A stretch of DNA of 64,000 nucleotides, from assembly GCA_951813605.1 (NCBI GenBank), contig OX638379.1, positions 3,154,062-3,218,061 on the forward strand, in the 5' to 3' direction. Both the position numbers and the translations under genes were made by a program. Position 1 is the first letter of the stretch. Every line of letters starts with the position of its first letter. This document shows, in pieces, positions 48,191 through 56,345 of this stretch. The notes under the pieces were generated by a model that was given only the letters and a program-made list of their open reading frames with translations, searched no databases and was not told the DNA's origin. This DNA is from an uncultured Bryobacterales bacterium (GTDB taxonomy: Bacteria; Acidobacteriota; Terriglobia; Bryobacterales; UBA6623).

Positions 48191-49570
48191 TCAGCGGTAG
48201 GGGAGATCGGACCGCTCGGCCCAGCTATCGCCAGTCCGCTCGAACCACTCCATCGTGAGCGCGTCGAGCCGTGCCTGCAGTTCCGCATGCTGCGGCTTGC
48301 CTGCCAAGTTGTCCATCTGGAACGGATCCTCGGCGTTGTCGTAAAGCAGCCAGGGCTCGTTCTCGCGCCTCGCGTAGGTGTAGCGCTCCGTGCGCAGTCC
48401 CCGCCAGGGGGGAAACTGCGATTGCTCGGTCGGAGTGTAGCTCTGCGCGTACACGGACTCGGGAGCGTCCGCTCCGGGGGTGCCGCCATGCTCGGGCGCT
48501 AGCAGGTGCGCGGAGAGATCGAGCCCCGAAATCCCGTCCGGGCTCGGCATCCGCGCCATGCCCAGCAGTGTCGGCACGATGTCGACGTGCGAGAAAGGCA
48601 GCGAGAGGCTCCGGCCGGCCGGCACGGCCGCGGGGTAGTGCAAGATGCCCGGCACCTGGAGCGATTCCGCCCACGGCTTGCGCTTGAGGACCGTTCCATG
48701 GGAGCCGAGCATGTCTCCGTGGTCCGAGGTGATCAGGATGATCGTGTTCTCGAACTGCCCGGTCTCCTTGAGGGCTTCGACAATGCGTCCCACCTCGTCG
48801 TCCAGAAAGGTGATCGCGGCGTAGTAGCCGGCAATGTCCTGGCGGCTGCCCCTGGCGGGTCTGGGACCTCGCTCGACGGGCCCTTTCCAGTTGGCTCGCA
48901 TCTTGAGCATGTCCGGGTCGTAAAGGTTCATGTACCGGGGCGGCGCGACGTAGGGATTGTGCGGCGGGCCCCACTGGACGTATCCCAGGAACGCCTTCGA
49001 GGGGTCCTGGCGAATGAAGTCGATTGCCTCGTCGGTGAAGGTCGAGGCCGAATAGCCGTTGATCGGAATCGGCTCCGGATCGTCCCGGAAGTACTCCATG
49101 TTCCAGTACCTGTGCGAGCAGATGTTGGCCGCCCAGAACTCGAAGCCCTGCCGTCTTTCCTGCTTGACAAACCCCGGCAGGCGCTTGCCGCCTTCCAAAT
49201 GCCACTTGCCGACAAAGCCGGTGCGGTAGCCGTTGTCGCGCGCTACCTCGGCGATGGTGACTTCCTTGTCCGGCAAGGGCGCGTCATTGACGTCGACGCC
49301 GTGCTCGTGGCCGAACCGGCCAGTCAGCAGCGTGGCGCGCGCCGGGCAGCAGACCGGGCAGTTGGCCGTCACGTTGCGCAGCAGGGCGCCGCCCGCGGCG
49401 AGGGCGTCCATGTTCGGCGTCTTCACCTCGGCGTTGCCCATGGCGCCGAGATCCATCGCCCGCCACTGGTCGGGCATCAGCACGAGGATGTTGGGCTTCG
49501 CGAGCTGGGGGCCGCACGCGCCTGCCAGGGCCCCTCCGGCAGCTGCCAGGAAAGTCCGTCGGTTAAGCAT
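48191..49570 (-). CDS. Cys-type sulfatase (Tat signal)
   Basis: NRRTFL; PNIL.LMPDQWR, CCPARATLLTG, GKWHL, TSDHGDMLGSHG. Confidence 0.93.
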   Translation of the reverse strand: MLNRRTFLAAAGGALAGACGPQLAKPNILVLMPDQWRAMDLGAMGNAEVKTPNMDALAAGGALLRNVTANCPVCCPARATLLTGRFGHEHGVDVNDAPLPDKEVTIAEVARDNGYRTGFVGKWHLEGGKRLPGFVKQERRQGFEFWAANICSHRYWNMEYFRDDPEPIPINGYSASTFTDEAIDFIRQDPSKAFLGYVQWGPPHNPYVAPPRYMNLYDPDMLKMRANWKGPVERGPRPARGSRQDIAGYYAAITFLDDEVGRIVEALKETGQFENTIILITSDHGDMLGSHGTVLKRKPWAESLQVPGILHYPAAVPAGRSLSLPFSHVDIVPTLLGMARMPSPDGISGLDLSAHLLAPEHGGTPGADAPESVYAQSYTPTEQSQFPPWRGLRTERYTYARRENEPWLLYDNAEDPFQMDNLAGKPQHAELQARLDALTMEWFERTGDSWAERSDLPYR

Positions 49571-49619
49571 CGGAGCTAGAATCCCACCGCGGCGCGCCAG
49601 CTGTCAACCGGGCGCAGCG

Positions 49620-51017
49620 TCAGTCCGCGTAGTGCCACTGCGTGCCGCCCGGGGTGTCCCGCAACGCGACACCGCGCTTGGCCAGACCGTCCCGGATCGC
49701 GTCGGCGCGGGCGAATTCCCTCGCCTTGCGGGCCGCGGCACGCTCCCGAATCAAAGTCTCGATCTCCTCTGCGGAAACCCGGGCGCTCTCCGAAGGGCGC
49801 AAGACGTCAAAGACGGCGTCGAAGGCTGCCAGCAGGCCCCGCGCCTCGGCGCCATTGCCGGCGCCAAAGGCGCCCCGGTCCATCGCCGAGTTCGCCGAGC
49901 GGACGAATTCGAACACGGCTCCCAGGGCCCCCGCGGTGTTGAGGTCGTCGTCCAGCGCGGCGACGAATTGCGTGCGCGCCCTGGCGCATGCTGCGGACCA
50001 CTCCGCGCTGGCAGGGCCGCCGGCCGCGCCTTCGACCCGGCGCGCGAAGTTCCGCAGCCTCTCGATCGCCGCGGCTGCGCCGAGCAGGCCGTCCATCGTG
50101 AAGTTCAGTTGCTTGCGGTGCGGGGTCGAGACCAGCAGGTAGCGAATCGCGGCCGGCGAGTAACCCCGTCTCGTCAGGTCGCGCAACGTGTGGAAATTGC
50201 CCAGGGACTTCGCCATCTTCTGGCCGTCGACCAGCAGGTGCTCGGAATGCACCCAGAAGCGTGCGAACGGCTTGCCGGTGGCGCTCTCCGACTGCGCGAT
50301 CTCGTTCTCGTGATGCGGGAACTGCAGGTCGACGCCGCCGGTATGGATGTCGAACGTCTCCCCCAGATACGCCATCGCCATGGCGGAACACTCCAGGTGC
50401 CATCCCGGCCGGCCCGGTCCGTACGGGCTCTCCCAGCAAGGCTCGCCCTCGCGGGCTGCCTTCCACAGCACGAAATCCCTCGCGTCTTCCTTGGCGTACT
50501 CGTCCGCGTCCACCCGCGCGCCGGCCTTGATGCCGCTCGCGTCCAGGCGCGAAAGCTTGCCGTACTCCTTCCAGCTGGCGATACGGAAATAGGTTGAGCC
50601 GCCGTTCTGGTAGGTGTGGCCCGCCTGCTGGATCCCCTGCACCAAGCGGATCATCTGGGGGACGTGCGCGGTAGCGGCCGGAACCGTTTCGGGTCGCTCG
50701 AGGCGCAGCAGCCGGCAGTCCTCGAAAAAGGCCTCGACGTATTTCGCGGTGAATTCCCCGATCGGCACGCCTTCGCGCTGCGCGCCGGCGATGATCTTGT
50801 CATCGACATCGGTGATATTCATCGCGTGCTGCAGGTTCCAGCCGCATTGCCGGAGATGCCGCCGCAGGATGTCCTGGAAGGCGAACGTGCGCAGGTTTCC
50901 GATATGGACGTAGTTGTAGACCGTTGGCCCGCAAGAGTACATGCGAACGGTCTCGCCGTCGGCGGGCTCGAAAGCCTCGACGCGTCGGCTCAGGCTGTTG
51001 TAGAGCTTGAAGGGCAC
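49620..51017 (-). CDS. cysS: Cysteine--tRNA ligase
   Basis: CGPTVY..HIGN, NITDVDDKII, DFVLWK, GRPGWHLECSAM, DIHTGGVDLQFPHHENE, KMAKSLGN. Confidence 0.98.
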   Translation of the reverse strand: MPFKLYNSLSRRVEAFEPADGETVRMYSCGPTVYNYVHIGNLRTFAFQDILRRHLRQCGWNLQHAMNITDVDDKIIAGAQREGVPIGEFTAKYVEAFFEDCRLLRLERPETVPAATAHVPQMIRLVQGIQQAGHTYQNGGSTYFRIASWKEYGKLSRLDASGIKAGARVDADEYAKEDARDFVLWKAAREGEPCWESPYGPGRPGWHLECSAMAMAYLGETFDIHTGGVDLQFPHHENEIAQSESATGKPFARFWVHSEHLLVDGQKMAKSLGNFHTLRDLTRRGYSPAAIRYLLVSTPHRKQLNFTMDGLLGAAAAIERLRNFARRVEGAAGGPASAEWSAACARARTQFVAALDDDLNTAGALGAVFEFVRSANSAMDRGAFGAGNGAEARGLLAAFDAVFDVLRPSESARVSAEEIETLIRERAAARKAREFARADAIRDGLAKRGVALRDTPGGTQWHYAD

Positions 51018-51036
51018 GAGGCTACCGAAGTCACCT

Positions 51037-51885
51037 TCATAGTAGCGACCCGCGTCGGCCCAAGCCGTAGGCCTCCGCCGCGGTGCCGGCGAGCACGCGG
51101 TCCCGCTCGGCCTCGCCGAGGCGGGAGACGAAACCGCGAACGAGTTCGCACCAGCGGCCGTACTCGACGGCCGCCAGGCTCATCGGCCAGTCGGAGCCGA
51201 ACATCAGCCGTCGCGGCCCAAACGCTTCCAGGACCGTGTCCAGGTACGGGAGCAGGTCCGCCTCGGTCCAGCCGCCCCAGTCCGCCTCGGTGGCCATCCC
51301 GGAAACCTTGCAGTAGACGTTCGGGCGGCACGCGAGATCGCGGATCGCGCCGTTCCAAGCCGCGAAGGATCCGTCGCGAATGCAAGGCTTGCCGATATGG
51401 TCCAGCACGAACAGCTGGCCTGGGTGACGGTCCACGAACTGCAGCGTCTGCGGAAGCTGCCGCTCGTAGATCAGGATGTCGTAGGCCAGCCCGGCGGCGG
51501 TCACGGCCCGGACGCCGTCGTTGAAGTCCGGGCGCAGCATGTAGTTATCGTCGGGCTCTTCCTGCAGCACGTGGCGGCAGCCCTTCAGGGCCGGATCGGC
51601 TGCCAGCTCTTCCAGGATCCCGGCGACGCCCGGGTCGGTCAGCGGAACCCAGCCGACCACGCCGAGAATGAAGCGGTTGGCGCGTGCCAAGTCCAGCAGG
51701 AAGCGCGTCTCGCCGAGCGTCTGGAGGGCTTGCACCGAAACCGTGCCATCCACGCCGGCTGCGGCCGTCTCGCGCCGGAGGTCCTCCGGCAGGAAGTCGC
51801 GGCGGAGCGCGCTCATCGGCTCGGAGAGCCAGTGGTACGCCACCGGCTCGTAGCGCCAGAAGTGCTGGTGGGAATCGATCGTCAC
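51037..51885 (-). CDS. Amidohydrolase-2 family lactonase (L-fuconolactonase-like)
   Basis: IDSHQHFW, GTVSVQA, GCRHVLQ.EPD, LDHIGKP, CKVSG, FGSDWP. Confidence 0.88.
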   Translation of the reverse strand: MTIDSHQHFWRYEPVAYHWLSEPMSALRRDFLPEDLRRETAAAGVDGTVSVQALQTLGETRFLLDLARANRFILGVVGWVPLTDPGVAGILEELAADPALKGCRHVLQEEPDDNYMLRPDFNDGVRAVTAAGLAYDILIYERQLPQTLQFVDRHPGQLFVLDHIGKPCIRDGSFAAWNGAIRDLACRPNVYCKVSGMATEADWGGWTEADLLPYLDTVLEAFGPRRLMFGSDWPMSLAAVEYGRWCELVRGFVSRLGEAERDRVLAGTAAEAYGLGRRGSLL

Positions 51886-51898
51886 TCTGCCAGCACCC

Positions 51899-52837
51899 TC
51901 ACTGAGGGTCCTGGTTCTCTGGCAGCCCGGTGGGCCAGACTTGGTTGCGAACCGGTTCGACCAGTTCGCGGATCTGCTCGAGAAGGCCCTCGGGCCGCTC
52001 GAAAGTCAGCGTGTTCAAGTTCTGCGCGACATGGCGGCTCTTCGACATCCCGACCAGCACGCTGGCTGTGTGCGGGTAGTCATAGCAGAACTTCAGGGCC
52101 ACCTCGGAAATGTCGACACCCCGGTCGCGGCACAGGAGGGCCATCTGCTCCCCTACCCGCTTGACCTCCTCGGAAGCGAGGTGCCAGGGGGGGGCGCCCC
52201 GCTCCGTCAGGATGCGCAGGTGGAGGGGCGAGGCGTTGATCAGCCCGATCCCCTTCTCGGCGCAGAAGGGACGCAGTTCCGTGTCAAGGTCGTCGGCCAT
52301 CAGGTTGTAGCGCGCGTAGGACAGGATGCTGTCGACCTCCGCGCGGTCGGCCACGTCCCGCAGGATGCCCAGCGGCAGCCCGGTGATGCCGACATAGCGG
52401 CACTTGCCGGCCCGCTGCAGCTCGCGAGCCACCGGCAGGGCCTCGTCCAGCACCTGCTCCCGGTCCACGAACTCGATATCGTGCATCTGGTAGATGTCGA
52501 CGTAATCGGTTCGCAGGCGGCGAAGGGACTCGTTGATGCTGCTGCGCACGCGGTCGGCCGAGAAGTCGAACTTGTCGATGTCGTAGCGGCCGCACTTGGT
52601 CGCCAGGACAATGTCCTTGCGCCGGGTGCCGAGAGCCCGCCCCAGCCGTTCCTCCGACAGAGTCCGTCCGTAGTAGGGCGACGTGTCGAAAAAGTTCACG
52701 CCCAGGTCCACCGCCATGTGGACGGCGCGCTCGCCTTCTAGCACGTCGATCTCCTCGAACTCGTTTCCGAGCGGCGACGCGCCGTATCCGAGGACGGAGA
52801 CCTCCAAATCGGTCCGGCCCAGCTTGCGGTATTCCAT
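51899..52837 (-). CDS. Aldo/keto reductase (L-galactose/L-fucose dehydrogenase-like)
   Basis: YRKLGRTDLEVS.LGYG, FFDTSPYYG..LSE..LG, ATKCGRY, SLRRLRTDYVD..Q.HD, NASPL. Confidence 0.88.
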   Translation of the reverse strand: MEYRKLGRTDLEVSVLGYGASPLGNEFEEIDVLEGERAVHMAVDLGVNFFDTSPYYGRTLSEERLGRALGTRRKDIVLATKCGRYDIDKFDFSADRVRSSINESLRRLRTDYVDIYQMHDIEFVDREQVLDEALPVARELQRAGKCRYVGITGLPLGILRDVADRAEVDSILSYARYNLMADDLDTELRPFCAEKGIGLINASPLHLRILTERGAPPWHLASEEVKRVGEQMALLCRDRGVDISEVALKFCYDYPHTASVLVGMSKSRHVAQNLNTLTFERPEGLLEQIRELVEPVRNQVWPTGLPENQDPQ

Positions 52838-52932
52838 AGAGCGAATCAGGTACCCTGCAATGTCGAGGGGATAGCTAGCTTAGCAATTCCGGCGGCAGGC
52901 CGGAAGGCAGCGGGGCCCCTCGGACGAGCGCC

Positions 52933-53835
52933 ATGCCGGAACCCCTGCCCCTGACCGAGGCCGCCAACCCGCGGTCGCGCGAAATCGACCGCGCGTCGAC
53001 CGAGGAGATCTTGGAACTGATGAACTCCGAGGACGCGCGCGTCGCCGCCGCCGTGCGCGCGGAAATCCCTCGGATCGCCAAGGCGCTGGACGCCATCGTC
53101 GAGCGCTGGGAGCGGGGCGGGCGGCTCTTCTACGCCGGCGCCGGCACCAGCGGGCGGCTCGGAGTGCTCGACGCCGCCGAATGCCCTCCGACCTTCGGCA
53201 CCCCGCCTCACCGGGTCCAAGCCTTGATCGCGGGCGGCAAGGACGCCCTGCTGCAGGCAGTCGAGGGCGCGGAGGACAGTCCGGAAGCCGGCGCCCGCGA
53301 TCTCGCGGACCGCGGCATCGACCGCGATGACGCTCTGGTCGGCATCGCGGCGAGCGGGCGCACGCCGTACGTGCTCGGCGCGGTGGAATGCGCCGCTTCC
53401 GCGGGCGCGGTGACTGTGGGCTTGAGCTGCAGCCCCGGTTGCGCCCTCGAGCGCGCAGCCAGCTATCCGATCACGCCGGCGGTCGGGCCCGAAGTGGTAG
53501 CGGGGTCGACGCGCATGAAGAGCGGAACCGCGCAGAAGCTGGTGCTGAACATGCTGTCCACCGGCCTGATGGTCCGTACGGGCTGCGTTCTGGGAAACTT
53601 GATGGTGAACGTGCAGGTCAAGAACGAGAAGCTCGCCCGCCGCGCCGAGCGCATCGTTTGCGAAGTGACTGGATGCCGTCTCGCGGAGGCTCGGGCGACC
53701 CTCGCCGAAGCCGGCCAGAACGTCCGCCTCGCCATCCTGATGCGCGCGCGCCGGCTGGACCGCGAAGACGCTTCGACCCAGCTCGCCCTGCTCGGCGGCA
53801 ACCTGCGGAAAGCCCTGGAGCAAGAAAATGCCTGA
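52933..53835 (+). CDS. murQ: N-acetylmuramic acid 6-phosphate etherase
   Basis: TE..NPRS..ID, YAGAGTSGRLGVLDAAECPPTFG, ASGRTPYV, GPEVVAGSTRMKSGTAQKLVLNMLST. Confidence 0.96.
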   Translation: MPEPLPLTEAANPRSREIDRASTEEILELMNSEDARVAAAVRAEIPRIAKALDAIVERWERGGRLFYAGAGTSGRLGVLDAAECPPTFGTPPHRVQALIAGGKDALLQAVEGAEDSPEAGARDLADRGIDRDDALVGIAASGRTPYVLGAVECAASAGAVTVGLSCSPGCALERAASYPITPAVGPEVVAGSTRMKSGTAQKLVLNMLSTGLMVRTGCVLGNLMVNVQVKNEKLARRAERIVCEVTGCRLAEARATLAEAGQNVRLAILMRARRLDREDASTQLALLGGNLRKALEQENA

Positions 53836-54961
53836 TACATTCCGCCGCCGCATGCGCAAGCTCGCGCTGCTGGCCATCGCAGCCGCGGGGCTCGCCGGGA
53901 ACCTCCCGGCCCAGCCCCGCCGCACCATTGCCCCCCCGTCGGTCGCCGAGGACGGCCGGATCACCTTCCGCGTGCTGGCTCCCGACGCCCGCGCCCTGCA
54001 GTTGAACGCCCCGTGGGCGGGCGGGCAGACCGCGCTCGCCAGGGGCGAGGACGGGATCTGGACCCTGACGGTCGGCCCGGTCGCCCCCGGAATCTACAGC
54101 TACACCTTCCAGCTCGACGGCGTGCGGGTGCTGGACCCGCACAACACAGCCGTGAAGACATGGAGCGGCGGCAACGCAAGCCTCGTGGAAGTGCCGTCGC
54201 CCGAGCCCCGGCCGTACGACCTCAGTGACGTGCCGCACGGCGCGGTGCACGCGCACTACTATGACTCCGAAAGCGGCGGGACAAACCGGAGGCTCCTCGT
54301 CTACACGCCTCCCGGCTACGAGAAGAACGCCGACCGCGCGTACGCCACGCTCTACCTGCTGCACGGGTCCGGCGACGACGAATCGACGTGGAGCGAAGTG
54401 GGCCGGGCCAACCTCATCCTCGACAACCTCATCGCGGCAGGCAAGGCGGAACCGATGCTGGTCGTGATGCCGAACGGCCATCCAGTGCCGTGGAGCCGGA
54501 ATCGGAGGGGCTTGCGCTCGGGCAACACCGAGGCCTTCCGCGCGGACCTCCTCGACGCCGCGGTGCCGCTCGTGGAATCGCTCTACCGGGCCAAGCGCGG
54601 GCGCGAGCACAGGGCTGTCGCGGGGCTGTCCATGGGCGGCGGGCAGGCCCTGCACTGCGGAGCAGGCAACCTTGACCGATTCGCGTGGGTCGGGGCGTTT
54701 TCCGCGGCTGCGCGGGGCCCGGACGAGGACGAAGCGATTGGGACGCTGCTGGCGGACCCGCAGCGAGCCAACGCACGGCTCAGCCTGCTTTGGATCGCGA
54801 TCGGCCGGGACGACTTCCTGCTCCAGCGAAACCAGCAGCTGAAGAACCGGCTGGACGCTGCAGGCATCAACCACACGTACTTGCTAACCGACGGAGGCCA
54901 CAGCTGGCCCGTCTGGCGTGATTACCTGGCCCGCTTCACCCCGCTCCTGTTCCGAGACTGA
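53828..54961 (+). CDS. Exported alpha/beta-hydrolase esterase with an N-terminal E-set/CBM48-like domain
   Basis: G.WTLTVGP..PG.YSY.F..DG, VYTPPGY, LYLLHGSGD, VAGLSMGG, DGGHSWPVWR.YL. Confidence 0.88.
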   Translation: MPDTFRRRMRKLALLAIAAAGLAGNLPAQPRRTIAPPSVAEDGRITFRVLAPDARALQLNAPWAGGQTALARGEDGIWTLTVGPVAPGIYSYTFQLDGVRVLDPHNTAVKTWSGGNASLVEVPSPEPRPYDLSDVPHGAVHAHYYDSESGGTNRRLLVYTPPGYEKNADRAYATLYLLHGSGDDESTWSEVGRANLILDNLIAAGKAEPMLVVMPNGHPVPWSRNRRGLRSGNTEAFRADLLDAAVPLVESLYRAKRGREHRAVAGLSMGGGQALHCGAGNLDRFAWVGAFSAAARGPDEDEAIGTLLADPQRANARLSLLWIAIGRDDFLLQRNQQLKNRLDAAGINHTYLLTDGGHSWPVWRDYLARFTPLLFRD

Positions 54962-55046
54962 GCGCTAGCTAACCGCGCCGGCGCGAATAACCAAGCCGAA
55001 GAAAATCACGTCACTATACGTAACTGCCGCACTTGTCGCGGCCGAT

Positions 55047-56324
55047 TTGCCCAGAGCCATGCCGAAACTTCTTGCGAGCTATCCCTGGCTGCGCGCCGTC
55101 CTCATCGTCGCGGCCACCGCCGGCGTTACAGCTGCCGCGCTGCTGCTGTACGGTCCCGCCCCGCCCGAGCTGCCTACCGCGCAGGTCGAGCGACGCGACT
55201 TCCTCCGCACAGTGCGCAGTCGCGGAGAGCTGAAGAGCGCTGAGTCGGTGCAGATCACCGCGCCGCAAACGCCCGAGCTGAAGATCGTCATGCTGGCCGA
55301 GAACGGCAAGCCCATCGAAGAAGGCGACATCGTCATACAGTTCGACGAGTCGGCGCAGGAAGACCTGCTGGTGGAGAGGGAGACGCAGGTCCGGCAAGTC
55401 GACAGCGAGATCGAGCAGGCGGAAGCGCAGCACGCCATCGAGGACGAGCGCAACGAGATGCTCGTCATGCAGGCGACATACAACGTCGAGCGGGCCCAGC
55501 TGGAGGCGAGCAAGCAGGAGATCCTTGCGGAGATCGAAGCCGAGAAAGCCAAGATCGACGTGGTCATTGCCGATGGCGAACTGACTAAGACCGAGACGAA
55601 CTCCCAGGCGAGCGACATGTCCCACGAAGCGGACATGGAGCGGTTGATGGAGCGCAAGAACAAGGCCCTCCGGGACCTGAATCTTTCGCGCACCTACATG
55701 GGCAGCATGGTGCTGCGAGCCCCGAGCTCGGGCATCGTCCATATTCTTTCCAACAATCGTGCACAGGGCTCGTTCGGCACGGCCCGCCCGCCATTCCAGG
55801 AAGGCGACACGGTCTGGACCGGCGCGTCGATTGCGGAGATTCCCGACTTGGATTCGCTGCGGGTTGAATTCCGGGTCGATGAAGTGGACCGGGGGCGAGT
55901 CGAGGAGAACCAGGAGACCCGCATCCGCATCGACGCTGTCCCGGACGCGGTGCTGAGCGGCACGGTCAGCTGGCTCAGCCCCATCGCGACCCTGGTGTTC
56001 AACCGCCTTCCCCCTGAGAAAAACTTTCCAGCCTACTCGAGCATCTCGGACATCGACGACCGGTTGCGGCCGGGCATGAGCGCGACAGTGGAGATCATCG
56101 TCCAGCGGATCGAGGACGTTCTCGTTATCCCGAGCAAGGCGTCGACGCAGATCGACGGCATGCCGACGGTGTTTGTCAGGGACGGCGCGGGCTTCCGCCG
56201 CACGCCGATCGAAGTGGCAGCGACCAACGGAACGGATATCGTCGTTTCGGCCGGACTTGCCGAAGGCGACGAGATCGCGCTTGAGAACCCGGAATTGCAG
56301 GGCGGGCGGGGCCGAAACCTTTAG
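55047..56324 (+). CDS. Efflux periplasmic adaptor (HlyD/MacA family) 1
   Basis: N-terminal TM; lipoyl-like ENGKPIEEGDIVIQFD; long coiled coil; LRAPSSGIV; LRPGMSATVEI; V.AGLAEGDEI. Confidence 0.88.
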   Translation: MPRAMPKLLASYPWLRAVLIVAATAGVTAAALLLYGPAPPELPTAQVERRDFLRTVRSRGELKSAESVQITAPQTPELKIVMLAENGKPIEEGDIVIQFDESAQEDLLVERETQVRQVDSEIEQAEAQHAIEDERNEMLVMQATYNVERAQLEASKQEILAEIEAEKAKIDVVIADGELTKTETNSQASDMSHEADMERLMERKNKALRDLNLSRTYMGSMVLRAPSSGIVHILSNNRAQGSFGTARPPFQEGDTVWTGASIAEIPDLDSLRVEFRVDEVDRGRVEENQETRIRIDAVPDAVLSGTVSWLSPIATLVFNRLPPEKNFPAYSSISDIDDRLRPGMSATVEIIVQRIEDVLVIPSKASTQIDGMPTVFVRDGAGFRRTPIEVAATNGTDIVVSAGLAEGDEIALENPELQGGRGRNL

Positions 56325-56345
56325 GCACACGACGGAGGCCGATCC

